Positions 37,378 through 47,723 of a stretch of DNA of 64,000 bases are shown here, one piece after another. Within the stretch, counting starts at the first letter, position 1; each line of letters begins with the position of its first letter. Below the pieces are notes generated by a model. It ran no database searches. It had not been told where the DNA came from and saw nothing but the letters and a program-made list of their open reading frames with translations. The DNA comes from Candidatus Latescibacterota bacterium (GTDB lineage: Bacteria > Latescibacterota > UBA2968 > UBA8231): the NCBI GenBank assembly GCA_965223905.1, contig CBDCXV010000010.1, positions 1,248,001 through 1,312,000 of the forward strand. Reading direction: 5' to 3'. The position numbers and the translations under genes were made by a program.

Positions 37378-38835
37378 TCAGCCTTTAGGCGCCGTGAACT
37401 GCAGGCTGTACAGGTCGGCGTCGCTGAGTGCGAAGCGCAGGCGCACTGGTTTGCCGGCCAGGCCGCTGACGTCGGCGGCGCCCTTCCAGGTGACCGTGCG
37501 CTCCAGGTAGTCGCCGTAGATCTCGTCGCAGTCGTCCAGGGTGTGCCCCTTCAGCGCCTTGCCGTCGCCGTCCTGGATCTCGACGCGCACCGAGCCGGCC
37601 GCGGAGGTGCCCGTGTTCAAGCTCAGGGCGCCGCCCGCGAAGGTGAAGGGCCGGGTGATCAGCTCGCCCCCCTTCAGCGGCGCGTTGGCGGAGACGAAGC
37701 CGTCCAGGCGCAGCGTGAAGCGCCGCAGCCGGCAGGCCTCGCCGCGGTAGTAGCCCTCGGTGGTGAAGATCGACAGCTCCTTCGGCGCCGTCGGCAGGTC
37801 GTTGGCCGTCTCCAGGATGCCCCAGGCCGTCATGTTGTTGCGGTTCTCCCAGCGCTCCGGCTGCAGCCCGGGCCGCAGCAGGGCCTCGCTCCAGCGCTTG
37901 AAGTGCAGGCCGTCGCGGCTGGTCATGTACACCGCGTCCGACACGCCGCGGGCCGTATTGCCCCGCATGCTGCGATCCGGCACGAAGCGCTTGGGGAAGC
38001 CCATGTAGATATGCGGGGCCCGGTGGTAGGGCGTCACCGCGTTCGTGTAGAGGTGCTCGACAGGCGCGTCGCCGAAGTCGAGCCACCGCGGCTTCGTCCA
38101 CCGGCGGAAGTCCTTCGAGGTGCAGGTCATGATGCTGCGCACGCGCACCCCGCCGGGGTGGATGGAGTCGCGGTGGTAGTCGACGTAGCAGCCGCGCAGC
38201 GGGTCGTAGAAGGCGAGGTTCAGCGAGTCGAAAGCGCCCGCGGTGATCACCGGCTTCTCCGACAGCAGGCTCCAATGCACGCCGTCCGGCGACTTGAAGG
38301 CGTAGAGGGCCTGCTCGTCGGCCGTGCGCGCGAGGGCGCTGCCCAGGGCCTTGTACTCCTCGCCTTCCCGGCAGTCCGGGTTGCGGTCGCGGAAAGGCGC
38401 GAAGTTGTGCGCGCCTATGCCGTCCCAGACGATGTTGTTGCGCGTCGAGCCCTGGTAGTTGACCAGGCCCAGCTCCGGGCGGTGCCACTCGATGCCGTCG
38501 CGGCTTTCGGCGTAGCACACGACCGGCCGGTAGTGGTTGCCTGACGGGTCGTAGTGGGAACCGCGGTAGTAGGCGCGGAACAGCTTGCCGTCCCGGAACA
38601 CCGTGTGGTAGGCGCTGGTGTTGCCCTCCCACGGCACGTGGTGGTCGATCGCCACGTTGCGCGGCACCGGCTTGTTCAGGCGCAGCTCGACGCCGGACAG
38701 CCGCTCGATCAGGTAGTCGTCGACGAACAGCTCGCGCCGGTCGCCCAGCTCGATGACCCCCGCCAGGGCGGCCCCCGCCTGGGCTCTGCCGGCCGTCCTC
38801 TTCGTCGCGGCTTTCGCTGTCTTCCTCCTGGCCAT
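37378..38835 (-). CDS. Five-bladed beta-propeller glycoside-hydrolase-like protein
   Basis: RELFVDD, PWEG, CYAESRDGIEW, SPDGVHW, TSRDGLHF repeats, LRLDGFVS. Confidence 0.75.
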   Translation of the reverse strand: MARRKTAKAATKRTAGRAQAGAALAGVIELGDRRELFVDDYLIERLSGVELRLNKPVPRNVAIDHHVPWEGNTSAYHTVFRDGKLFRAYYRGSHYDPSGNHYRPVVCYAESRDGIEWHRPELGLVNYQGSTRNNIVWDGIGAHNFAPFRDRNPDCREGEEYKALGSALARTADEQALYAFKSPDGVHWSLLSEKPVITAGAFDSLNLAFYDPLRGCYVDYHRDSIHPGGVRVRSIMTCTSKDFRRWTKPRWLDFGDAPVEHLYTNAVTPYHRAPHIYMGFPKRFVPDRSMRGNTARGVSDAVYMTSRDGLHFKRWSEALLRPGLQPERWENRNNMTAWGILETANDLPTAPKELSIFTTEGYYRGEACRLRRFTLRLDGFVSANAPLKGGELITRPFTFAGGALSLNTGTSAAGSVRVEIQDGDGKALKGHTLDDCDEIYGDYLERTVTWKGAADVSGLAGKPVRLRFALSDADLYSLQFTAPKG

Positions 38836-39059
38836 CTAAGGCTTCCCTTTCTGTATTGCGCGTCACCCCGCCGACCCGCTGCGCCGACGGTAGATCTTAT
38901 AAGCTGCGTCGGTTTGGATGTCGACTCTCTCGCCAGCGTGGGTCGGACCCAGTAAGGTCTATGAAAGTAGCCTACCTGCAACAATGAAGCCTGGACGCCG
39001 TCACGACCTGGGCCGGCAGGATGCCCCGAACGAGTTCGGCAAGGCCCTGGTCGACGCGG

Positions 39060-39598
39060 TCACGGCAGAGCCCGATCCCGCTTCCGGTACCTCTTCGGGC
39101 GGTTCGGCTTCGGCTCCAGCGCCTCGATGCGATCAGCGAGATCGCGAACCGTCCAGACCCGATATCGGCCACCCCCGCCTTGATCGCCGGCGTCGTCTCG
39201 ATGGTCTGGTGAACGCGGCAGAAGTTGTAGTGCATGAAGTGGAGGGCCACGGCGAGCGCGTGGTTTCGGAACCGCTTCGAGAAAGCGTTTGTGCGCCGCG
39301 TGAAGCGCCGCATCCCCATCCGCATGGTCAGATTGTTCCGCTCGGCGAACGACCAGACCTCGTCGACTTCGACGCAGCGGAGCCGCAGGTCTCGCAAGGT
39401 GATGTCCTGGAAGTCTTCCGCCATTTCCCCGGCGAGGACCTGCAGTCGCGCCACCGTGTTGGCGGACACGTCGGTGACGCGCGACGTGGCCCGGAGGGAC
39501 ATCCCGTCGATCAGGCACTTCAGGATCAGTTCGCGTTGGTTTTGAGTGAGGCGATACATGGATCGCCCGATGCCGCTTTTTCAGACTGAGGCACTACC
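39060..39598 (-). mobile_element. Decayed IS1-family element (internally deleted transposase)
   Basis: HTH GMSLRATSRVTDVSANTV; DEVWSF joined directly to ERNNLTMRMGMRRFTRRTNAFSK...HYNFCRVH; IS1-like IR GGTAGTGCCTCAGTCTGAAA at 39579-39598. Confidence 0.8.
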
Positions 39599-39638
39599 GA
39601 GCATTGATTGTGCAACAGCCACAGGAGGAGATTGGCGA

Positions 39639-40529
39639 ATGACAGATCGGGAAATCAGGACTGCTTTTGAGCGGGACGGTTATGTGGTGGTCGAAGACCT
39701 TATCGATGCCCGGGATCTGGAGCCGATCCGCGAATTCATCGAGGCAAAGGTCGATGCGTACAGCCGCGAGTTGCATAGCGAAGGGAAGATATCGTCGTGT
39801 TATGAAGACGAACCCTTTGAGCGGCGGTATGCTGCTATCTGCGAAGAATTGGATATTTTACCGCGCAGTTGGGATTTCGGGATGTTCGGACCTGAGTTTT
39901 TCGATCTCTACAACCTCCCCGGTGTTCTCGACGTGCTCCGCCTTCTCCTTGGACCCGAGGTCTCGAACGTCGGCACCCCGGCGTTGCGGACAAAGCTCCC
40001 CGGCAGCGTGGTTACTTCGTTCCCCTGGCATCAGGACAGCCAGTACATGGACCAGCTTACTATCGGCAAGAAGGAGAAGCACACGGGCGGTCTGCACATG
40101 GTTACCGTGTGGGTGCCCCTCGTCGAAGCGACAGTCGAGAACGGATGCTGCTGGGTCATTCCGGGCAGTCACCGTTGGGGTTTGCTGGAAGGTGCACGGG
40201 GTACGGATTTAAACGTCCGGATGGAGGAGGATGTCGAAGCGCGCGGCACTCCAGTACCTGTTCCTCTCAAACCTGGCGGTGCGTTGTTCCTGTCGAACCT
40301 TTGCGTACACACCAGCAAAGTGAACAAGACCGGGGAATGCCGCTGGAGCATTGACTTCCGTTACTTTCCCACGCCTGACCGGGCCGACTTGACTGCCGTG
40401 GAGCGCGAAGCCGCCGAATTCGTGAAGAACAAATCTTTGGCGGGGGGCAGGGTGCCGCTTGCCGTGCTCACTGAAGGTCGCAAGCCGACGTGGGAAGAGT
40501 GGGAAGCCCGGCATCGCAAACTGGATTGA
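39639..40529 (+). CDS. Phytanoyl-CoA dioxygenase (PhyH) family 2OG-Fe(II) oxygenase
   Basis: [37 protein letters not shown]....RWSID; SD AGGAGG. Confidence 0.88.
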   Translation: MTDREIRTAFERDGYVVVEDLIDARDLEPIREFIEAKVDAYSRELHSEGKISSCYEDEPFERRYAAICEELDILPRSWDFGMFGPEFFDLYNLPGVLDVLRLLLGPEVSNVGTPALRTKLPGSVVTSFPWHQDSQYMDQLTIGKKEKHTGGLHMVTVWVPLVEATVENGCCWVIPGSHRWGLLEGARGTDLNVRMEEDVEARGTPVPVPLKPGGALFLSNLCVHTSKVNKTGECRWSIDFRYFPTPDRADLTAVEREAAEFVKNKSLAGGRVPLAVLTEGRKPTWEEWEARHRKLD

Positions 40530-40542
40530 ATCCAATACTACC

Positions 40543-41277
40543 GTGACCAAAACCCTGGGCGCGATCTTGCGGCGGATCTTCGGTGCGCTGCGCGATCTGG
40601 CGCCCATCATCCTCGTCATCGCGTTCTTCCAGATCGCGGTGTTGCAGCAGCCCTTTCCGAATCTCGGGCGCGTCGCCGTTGGCCTGGTCTGCGTGATCGC
40701 CGGCCTGACGTTCTTCATCCAGGGGCTCGAAAGCGGTCTCTTTCCCCTCGGCGAGGCCATTGCCCAGGCCTTTGCGCGCAAGGGGAGCGCGACCGCGCTG
40801 TTGATTTTTGCCTTCTGCCTGGGATTCGGCACCACGGTCGCGGAGCCGGCCCTGATCGCGGTTGCCGCGGAGGCCGCGGAAGTCGCCGCGGAAGCCGGTG
40901 TCATCGCCGCCGACGATGAGGCGCGCGCCGCCTACGCCTTCGAGCTGCGCATGGTGGTGGCGGTCTCGGTAGGCGCGGCGATCGTGCTCGGCGTGCTGCG
41001 CATCCTCAAGGGCTGGCCGATCCACCGGCTGATCATCGGGGGCTATGTATTGGTGACCGCAATGACCGCGTTCGCGCCCGCGGAGATAATCGGCGTGGCC
41101 TACGATTCCGGCGGCGTCACCACCAGCACGATCACGGTGCCGCTCGTCACCGCGCTGGGTGTCGGGCTGGCGACGTCGATCCGGGGGCGCAACCCGATGG
41201 TCGACGGCTTCGGGCTCATCGCCTTTGCCAGCCTGATGCCCATGATCTTCGTGCTGGCCTATGGCATGGTGGTCTGA
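40543..41277 (+). CDS. DUF1538 membrane protein
   Basis: [41 protein letters not shown]. Confidence 0.88.
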   Translation: MTKTLGAILRRIFGALRDLAPIILVIAFFQIAVLQQPFPNLGRVAVGLVCVIAGLTFFIQGLESGLFPLGEAIAQAFARKGSATALLIFAFCLGFGTTVAEPALIAVAAEAAEVAAEAGVIAADDEARAAYAFELRMVVAVSVGAAIVLGVLRILKGWPIHRLIIGGYVLVTAMTAFAPAEIIGVAYDSGGVTTSTITVPLVTALGVGLATSIRGRNPMVDGFGLIAFASLMPMIFVLAYGMVV

Positions 41278-42064
41278 GGTGGAGTTCCTGCGCACTGTTG
41301 CCGCCACCGGGTTGTCCACCGCGCTCGATGTGGCGCCCATTATCGGCATCCTCGTTCTGTTTCAGGTAGCGGTGCTGCGCCGCAACCTGCCGCACTTGGG
41401 CCGGATCGCGGCCGGGTTCGTCTTCGTCCTGCTGGGACTCACGCTCTTCCTCATCGGCCTGGAGGAGGCCCTCTTCCCCATCGGCGAGACCATGGCGCGC
41501 CAACTCACCGCGCCCGAGACCATCGGCAAGGCGAGTCTGGCCGACGGCGTCGACTGGTACGACTACCTGCTGGTCTACGCCTTTGCCGCGGCGATCGGTT
41601 TTGCTGCGACAGTGGCCGAGCCCTCGCTCATCGCGGTGGCGCTCAAGGCCGAGCAGATCTCGGGCGGCGCCATCCACGCCTGGGGCCTCAGAATCGCCGT
41701 TGCGCTCGGGGTGGCCGCGGGGGTGGCGCTGGGCTGCTTCCGCATCGTCACCGGCACCCCCCTGCCCTGGTACATCATCGCCGCATATTTCGTGGTGATC
41801 GCCCAGACCTTCCGGTCGAGCCGGACCATTGTGCCGCTCGCCTACGACAGCGGCGGCGTCACCACCTCGACCGTCACGGTGCCGGTGGTCGCGGCGCTGG
41901 GTTTGGGGCTCGCCGCCACGGTTCCCGGGCGCAGCCCGCTGATCGACGGATTCGGCCTCATCGCCTTCGCCAGCGTCTTTCCCATCATGTCCGTGCTGGG
42001 CTATGCTATGGCCGTGTCCTGGGTGAGCCGCCGGCGGAACGCCAAACATTCCGAGGAGACTTGA
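41261..42064 (+). CDS. DUF1538 membrane protein
   Basis: Paralogue with [16 protein letters not shown] and [11 protein letters not shown]. Confidence 0.88.
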   Translation: MAWWSEVEFLRTVAATGLSTALDVAPIIGILVLFQVAVLRRNLPHLGRIAAGFVFVLLGLTLFLIGLEEALFPIGETMARQLTAPETIGKASLADGVDWYDYLLVYAFAAAIGFAATVAEPSLIAVALKAEQISGGAIHAWGLRIAVALGVAAGVALGCFRIVTGTPLPWYIIAAYFVVIAQTFRSSRTIVPLAYDSGGVTTSTVTVPVVAALGLGLAATVPGRSPLIDGFGLIAFASVFPIMSVLGYAMAVSWVSRRRNAKHSEET

Positions 42065-42067
42065 GCC

Positions 42068-42418
42068 ATGCAACTGAAGCTGATCGTCGCCCTGGTCAGC
42101 GACGACAAGACCGATACCGTGGTCGATGCCGCGCGCGCCGGCGGCGCGACCGGCGCGACGATATTTACCGGCGTGCGCGGCGAAGGGCTGAAGCCGCAGA
42201 AGACCTTTTTCGGTCTCGACCTGGCGGCCCGGCGCGATGTCGTCCTGTTCCTGGTAGTCGAGACGCGGGCGCGCGACATCCTGGAGCGCATCCGCGATGC
42301 CGGGCGCTTCGAGCAGGAGCCCGGCGCCGGCATTGCCTTCCAGGTCCCGATCGAGGACGCCGTCGGTCTCACCACCCAACTCCCCACCATTCTCGAAGAG
42401 GTGGATGACGAAATATGA
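42068..42418 (+). CDS. PII-family regulator
   Basis: LKLIVALV...ARAGGATGATI...RGEG...GIAFQVPIEDAVG. Confidence 0.87.
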   Translation: MQLKLIVALVSDDKTDTVVDAARAGGATGATIFTGVRGEGLKPQKTFFGLDLAARRDVVLFLVVETRARDILERIRDAGRFEQEPGAGIAFQVPIEDAVGLTTQLPTILEEVDDEI

Positions 42419-42816
42419 GCGAGAAACGCATCATCCGGGTCGGAGACGTCATGGGCTCCAAGCTCTACACCATAGACAGGCTTGCGACCGTGGCCGAGGC
42501 CATGGCACTGATGAAGCAGCACGAGGTCAGTTCGCTCGCCGTCGACCGGCGCGACGACGACGACGAGTTCGGCCTGCTCGTGGTCGCCGACATCGCCCGC
42601 GAGGTGATCGCCAAGAACCGCGCGCCCGAGCGCGTCAACGTGTACGAAATCATGTCGAAACCGGTGTGGACCCTGCCGTCGGGCATGCTCGCCCGCTACG
42701 CCGTGCGCCTGCTCGTGCGCTTTGAAATCTCCCGCGCCGTGGTCGTCGACTACGAGCGCCACCCCCTCGGCATGGTGACTTTGCGAGATCTCGTCCTGAG
42801 CCACGTTGCGGAGTGA
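42415..42816 (+). CDS. CBS-domain protein
   Basis: Two CBS motifs, VNVYEIMSKPV. Confidence 0.87.
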   Translation: MSEKRIIRVGDVMGSKLYTIDRLATVAEAMALMKQHEVSSLAVDRRDDDDEFGLLVVADIAREVIAKNRAPERVNVYEIMSKPVWTLPSGMLARYAVRLLVRFEISRAVVVDYERHPLGMVTLRDLVLSHVAE

Positions 42817-42841
42817 TCGGGGAGGACTGCCCTCCGACCCA

Positions 42842-42881
42842 CCCGTAATTGCACCGGAGCGACCCCCGCCACAGCTCGAGT
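42842..42881. repeat. 40-bp junction repeat P, copy 1
   Basis: cccgtaattgcaccggagcgacccccgccacagctcgagt; 36/40 identical to 47652-47691. Confidence 0.85.
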
Positions 42882-43200
42882 GGTAGTCCGCTTCTTCGAT
42901 GCGGAAGATCGTCTTGCCCGCCTCCACCCGGCCTCCGCTTTGGAATCCCGGATCCACCCAGACGATTTTGCCGCCGACTTGCGGAGAGACATCGATCTCC
43001 GCGCTCGGCCTGACGGTACCGGCCCCGTATACCGGTATGGGACCGGACCCGGCCGTAACCAGACCGGTCTGCGCGAACGGTACCTGGGGCGGCGGCTCGG
43101 TGCGGGCCGGCTCGGGCGCCAGTGAAATCATAAAGGCCGCCAATGCCACGGACACAACGAGAATGGCGCCGGCCGTTACATAGCTGGAAATGCGGGACAT
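42882..43200 (-). pseudogene. Truncated RND efflux membrane-fusion protein (N-terminus only)
   Basis: GTVRPSAEIDVSPQVGGKIVWV..GFQSGG.V.AG..IFRIEEADY ends at repeat P. Confidence 0.8.
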
Positions 43201-43206
43201 GACGAC

Positions 43207-43690
43207 TTACTCCGTGGAGGTCGAATGAAGAGGCGATAGGGCGGCAGGGACTGCGTTGCTCTGCCGGACAGCTTCCCCTTCGGCGGCGGTCCATGCGCCT
43301 CCCAGGGCGCGGTGCAGTGCAAGACGGGCGTAACCCAGATCACGCTCCGCCGCCGCCTGCACGGACTGCGCGCCCAGGGAAGTTTGCGCTGCCGTCAGGA
43401 AAGCCTCGTAGTCCCCCACACCGGAGACATACCGCTGCTCCTGCAACGCCGTTTCCGCCTGAGCCTCTGCCGCCAGGGAAGCGAGCAGCGAATGGCGCCG
43501 GCGGCTGGCTTCCAGCCCCGCGAGGGAGGCCTCGACCTCGCTGACCGCGGTTGCCACCGAACGCCCGAAAGCGGCGGCCGCTTCATTTAGGCGGGCCTGC
43601 GCAAGAGCGACATTGCCGCGAAGCCGCGACCCCTGAAATACGAGGCCCAGCAGGTTGAGGCTGAGATTGCGGAACCATTGATCGGGATTG
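43207..43690 (-). pseudogene. C-terminal fragment of a TolC-family outer-membrane efflux protein
   Basis: FQGSRLRGNVALAQARL..., frameshifted TAVSEVEASL...RYVSGVGDY...LHRALGGAW; no 5' part. Confidence 0.75.
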
Positions 43691-43802
43691 TCGCTCGCCG
43701 TGCACCCACGGTACGACTCGCTCAGCCGCCTCGCGAGCCGGGCGCATCGTCGGCGCCCTCGTTCGTACGCTTACTTACGCCCCCTGGCATCAGTAATTCC
43801 CC

Positions 43803-44603
43803 TTACTCGCCATCGGCAACGCCGGGAAGGGCCATGGTGCTGAGCAGACCGCCATCGACATCGAGCGCGACTCCCGTCAGAAAGGACGATTCCTCGGCGA
43901 GGAAGAACATGATGGCGTTGACGACATCTTCCTCGGTGGGGTTGCGGCCGAGCGGGATGTCCGCCGCGGTCGCCGCGAGGATCGCTGCGGGCGCTGCCCC
44001 AGCGGTCCGTTGTTTGTAGGCGAGCACGTCCTGGCCCATGCCGGTGGTCGAGACACCGACCGGACAGACGCAGTTGACGGTGACGCCGTCGGGGGCCAGC
44101 TCGCCGGCCAGCGCCTTGCTCAGGCCGACGACGCCGAACTTGGCGGCGCAATAGGAGGCAATCAGCGCGCTGCCGATCTTCGACACGTCCGAGCCGATAT
44201 TGACGATGCGGCCGCGCCGGCCGCTCTGGCGCAGGAGCGGGGCCGCGGCCTGGCAGCAGAGAAAAACCCCCTTGAGATCGATGTCGATGACCCGGTCCCA
44301 ATCCGCTTCGGTGGTTTCTTCCAGGGAGCCCAAGTGGATGACACCGGCGGAATTGACCAGGGTGTCCAGGCCCCCGAAGCGCGTCCGGCAGGCGGCTACG
44401 GCCTGTTGGACGGATGCCGGCGAGGTGACATCGAGCACCAGGGCCAGCACGCGGTCGCTGTGCAATTCATCGGCGGCCGCCCGCAGTTTTTCGCCGTCGA
44501 TATCGGCGATGGCGACCCGGGCGCCCTGGGCGAGCAGGGCCCTGGCGGTGCCCAGGCCGAAGCCGCCGGCCCCGCCGGTGATCAGCGCGCGTCTAGGATT
44601 CAA
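43803..44603 (-). CDS. Short-chain dehydrogenase/reductase
   Basis: TGGAGGFG, NSAG, YCAAK, VDGG. Confidence 0.92.
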   Translation of the reverse strand: MNPRRALITGGAGGFGLGTARALLAQGARVAIADIDGEKLRAAADELHSDRVLALVLDVTSPASVQQAVAACRTRFGGLDTLVNSAGVIHLGSLEETTEADWDRVIDIDLKGVFLCCQAAAPLLRQSGRRGRIVNIGSDVSKIGSALIASYCAAKFGVVGLSKALAGELAPDGVTVNCVCPVGVSTTGMGQDVLAYKQRTAGAAPAAILAATAADIPLGRNPTEEDVVNAIMFFLAEESSFLTGVALDVDGGLLSTMALPGVADGE

Positions 44604-45723
44604 AACGATATTTCTCGACGATCTCTTCGTTGACCTCGACGCCGAGACCGGGTTGGTCGCGGACGGCGAGATGGCCCGCTTCCTGCACCCAGGGGTCGGC
44701 GACGAGCTCGTGTTGCATCGGGGACTCGTGCGGTTTGAAGTCGAGGGCGACCCCGTGAGTCGAGTTGGCCATCAGGTGCAGGCTGGCCGCGGTGTTGAGC
44801 GCGCCGCTCCAGGTATGGGCGCTCCACTGCAGATTCTCCGCCTCGATCAGCCTGATATACTGGCGGCAGCCGGTGATGCCGTGACAGCGGCCCGGATCCA
44901 TCTGGATCACGTCGACGCCGCCGGAATGGATCAGGCGGCGATAGCTGTCCAGGTCCCACTCGTCCTCGCCGGTGCCGATCGGCGTCGAGGTGGCGTCGCG
45001 CAGCCGGGCGTGGGCGTCGAGGTCCGAGGGCAGCAGGGGCTGCTCGATCCAGCGCAGGCGGTAGGGTTCCAGGTCGCGGAAGCGCTGGATCGCGGTATTG
45101 AGGTCCCAGATATTGCGCGCGCCGGGGGTGTCGACGACGAGCTCGATTTCGTCGCCTATGACTTCGCGGGTGCGGCGGACAATCTCGATGTCTTTGTTGC
45201 GGTCGAGCCCGAAGACGGCTTCGGGCCGCATGCCCCAACCGGCCTTGACCACACCGTACCCTTGCGCTTTGAGCCAGCGAAACTCGTCGAGGGTCCAGTC
45301 GACGTCCTCCATGTCGAAGATGAACGAGGCCATGGCGACGACCTTGTCGTGGAGCTGCCCGCCGAGCAGCCGGCAGACCGGTTGTCCGAGCGCCTTGCCG
45401 GCGAGGTCCCACAGCGCCATGTCGATGGCGCTGATGGCGAAGGCGGCGATGCCCTCCGGACCGTACCACCAGACGTGGCCCCGCATCGCATGCCAGTGAC
45501 GTTCGACATCGAGGGCGTTCCCGCCGATCAGGAGAGGGGCCAGGCCTTGCTCGGCGATGAGCTTGCTCGCCAGGGCCGCCTCGCGAAATTGCGATATGCA
45601 CTCGCCCCAGCCGACCTGGTTGTCCTCGCCCTCGATGCGCACGAGGGTGATGTAGCGTTCGATGCCCTTGTAGTGGGGCTCGGGATAGGCCAGGGGGAAG
45701 GCCTGGATTTTCTGGATTTTCAT
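44593..45723 (-). CDS. Mandelate racemase/muconate lactonizing enzyme family protein
   Basis: AISAIDMALWDLAGKALGQPV, WIEQP, GTGED, QMD...GIT, H.W. Confidence 0.9.
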   Translation of the reverse strand: MKIQKIQAFPLAYPEPHYKGIERYITLVRIEGEDNQVGWGECISQFREAALASKLIAEQGLAPLLIGGNALDVERHWHAMRGHVWWYGPEGIAAFAISAIDMALWDLAGKALGQPVCRLLGGQLHDKVVAMASFIFDMEDVDWTLDEFRWLKAQGYGVVKAGWGMRPEAVFGLDRNKDIEIVRRTREVIGDEIELVVDTPGARNIWDLNTAIQRFRDLEPYRLRWIEQPLLPSDLDAHARLRDATSTPIGTGEDEWDLDSYRRLIHSGGVDVIQMDPGRCHGITGCRQYIRLIEAENLQWSAHTWSGALNTAASLHLMANSTHGVALDFKPHESPMQHELVADPWVQEAGHLAVRDQPGLGVEVNEEIVEKYRFES

Positions 45724-45821
45724 GACAGTGGTCCTCGGTGACAGTAGTGGGAAACCACCCGCTCGCCGAGCGGCACCGCTCCTGTTTCAGCTTCAACGAC
45801 AGCGCCGCTCGATCTGTAACC

Positions 45822-46295
45822 CTATGCGTCCTGGGGATCGGATGCGGAATGGGTCGCTAACGGGTTGGCCGCCTCGATGCCTCCTGCAGCCTCGGGTTTT
45901 TCCCCGTCCGACCTGTCCTCCTTGACCTTCAGATAGTGGAATACCAACAAGGCAATGCCGATTAATAGGGGGATGATACCCCAAACACTCGCAGTAAGGG
46001 CAACGCGGTGGTCGGGCATGGCCAGGTAAGCGGCAATCCCGTAGCCGAGGCCCAGCGCAATCAGGATCAACGCTGGTTTGCGAGCATCAGTCGGCTGCCT
46101 GAGAGGAATCGGCTGGCCCTGCTCGATCGCGGCTCTCTGGACCTTGCTCTCGAAGAAATATCTCAATGTGAGAAAGACGAAAAGGCCGGCAGCCACGAAG
46201 GGTACCGAAATGACTGCTACCTCGGCCCCAGCCGCCATGGCATTCGACGCCGTCAGCAGGAGGAAACTCAGCACGATGAATGGTAAGCTTTTCAT
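45822..46295 (-). CDS. DUF6249-like membrane protein, divergent from the ECF sigma
   Basis: Start MKSLPFIVL with SD AAGGAG; AAIEQG..P, ALILIALGLG, GIIPLLIGIALLV. Confidence 0.65.
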   Translation of the reverse strand: MKSLPFIVLSFLLLTASNAMAAGAEVAVISVPFVAAGLFVFLTLRYFFESKVQRAAIEQGQPIPLRQPTDARKPALILIALGLGYGIAAYLAMPDHRVALTASVWGIIPLLIGIALLVFHYLKVKEDRSDGEKPEAAGGIEAANPLATHSASDPQDA

Positions 46296-46366
46296 GGTTG
46301 ACTCCTTCGTCCGACTGTATCCGACGGACAAACCAGGGATGGAATATTGTGCCGCCTTTGACACAG

Positions 46367-46448
46367 TTAGAGCGGGGTAGGGAGGATTTGTTTCAGAAGA
46401 AGATGAATGCACGGCATTTTGAAACATTTCCTGCGACAGGAGCTCTAT
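46367..46448. promoter_or_regulatory. Back-to-back ECF-type promoters
   Basis: Minus strand TGAAAC(46395-46390)-N17-CTCTAA; plus strand TGAAAC(46420-46425)-N17-CTCTAT. Confidence 0.7.
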
Positions 46449-46494
46449 ATGGGTAGGGAAATTGCGGCATAAATCGCACACAGGGAAGCTCTCC

Positions 46495-47064
46495 GTGCAG
46501 GATGAAAGATCCCTCATCAGCCGCTGTCGACGAGGAGATGAAAAGGCGTTTGCGGAACTCGTGGATGAACACAAGACCAGGGTCTCAAATATCGTGTACC
46601 GCATGACGGGAGACAGTGATGCGACGGAGGACCTGACCCAGGAAGTTTTCCTCCGAGTACTGCGCGGTCTGCACCGGTTTCGTGGCGAAGCGAGGCTTTC
46701 TACATGGATCTACCGAATTACCTGTCGCGTTTGTTTTCAAGAGCTGCAGCGCCGCCGACACCGGAGCAATCAAGTCCAGTGGAATGATGAAACAGGGGAA
46801 TGGCACCTCCGGGAAACCAGCTCAGGCGAAAGTGTAAAGGAAGACAAGGCCGAAAAGGCTGAGATGGAGGAGGCTGTAGCGCGCTGGGTGGATGAGTTGC
46901 CGCCGCACTACAAGATGGTTATTTCTCTCTACTATGTTGAGGACAGGAAGTACAAGGACATCGCGGACATCATGGGCCTCCCGATGGGTACGGTGAAGAC
47001 ATACCTGCATCGGGCGAAGCAGTTCTTGAGAGCGCGCGCCATCGACGAAGGATATGTGACCTGA
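46495..47064 (+). CDS. ECF RNA polymerase sigma factor
   Basis: GDEKAFAELV, EDLTQEVFLRV, FRGEARLSTWIYRI, YKDIADIMGLPMGTVKTYLHRAK. Confidence 0.93.
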   Translation: MQDERSLISRCRRGDEKAFAELVDEHKTRVSNIVYRMTGDSDATEDLTQEVFLRVLRGLHRFRGEARLSTWIYRITCRVCFQELQRRRHRSNQVQWNDETGEWHLRETSSGESVKEDKAEKAEMEEAVARWVDELPPHYKMVISLYYVEDRKYKDIADIMGLPMGTVKTYLHRAKQFLRARAIDEGYVT

Positions 47065-47603
47065 TGGATTGCCATCGATTCAAGGAGCTCGTGGAGGATT
47101 TTTTTGTTGGCGCATTGACGCCTGCCGACAGAAGAGCCGTCGAGCGACACGTGCGCGCGTGCAGCGCGTGCAGCCGCGACTTTGCCGCCGACCGGCTGCT
47201 CGATGACATCTTGTCAAGGCAAGAGCACGAAGGGCTGTCAGCTGCTTTCACCGAACGGGTTCTGGCGAGCTTTCGTCAAGAGAGAGAGCACCTGTTCGCC
47301 TCTCCAATGCGGGCACTGGGGAGTACTGGATACGCGGCCTCAGCCGCGGCCCTGCTCTACGGATTCACGAAATACCTCGCCGGCACGGGTTTCTCAAACT
47401 CAACGGTGACAGCACTTGCAGATGCCGCGAGGGAGGTGGTTCTCGTTCGGAGTGCCGGGCTGGAAGGGCCAGCCGCGCTATTCGCGGAGGCGTTCGGTCA
47501 GGCCGGCGTTCTGCCGGTGAGCGCGGCCGTCGGCGCCTTCATCATGATATGGGGATTGTATACGCTGCTGGAGGGAAGCCGCCTTGGATACAAGCAGACG
47601 TGA
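47064..47603 (+). CDS. zf-HC2 anti-sigma factor with TM segments
   Basis: MDC...HVRACSAC (HxxxCxxC); TGATG coupling to the sigma gene. Confidence 0.88.
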   Translation: MDCHRFKELVEDFFVGALTPADRRAVERHVRACSACSRDFAADRLLDDILSRQEHEGLSAAFTERVLASFRQEREHLFASPMRALGSTGYAASAAALLYGFTKYLAGTGFSNSTVTALADAAREVVLVRSAGLEGPAALFAEAFGQAGVLPVSAAVGAFIMIWGLYTLLEGSRLGYKQT

Positions 47604-47651
47604 GCACCTGCCCCGCGGCGCGGTCAGAGCTGGAATCCGAGCAGGGCAATG

Positions 47652-47691
47652 CCCGTCATCGCACCGGGACGACCCCCGCCACAGCTCGAGT
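47652..47691. repeat. 40-bp junction repeat P, copy 2
   Basis: cccgtcatcgcaccgggacgacccccgccacagctcgagt. Confidence 0.85.
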
Positions 47692-47723
47692 TCGCAACCC
47701 TGACCTCACGTTCTTGACCGCCG

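Noticed and set aside
38888-38915. ggtagatcttataagctgcgtc as an IS terminal repeat
   Set aside because: Looks IS-end-like, but no partner copy or family assignment could be supported.
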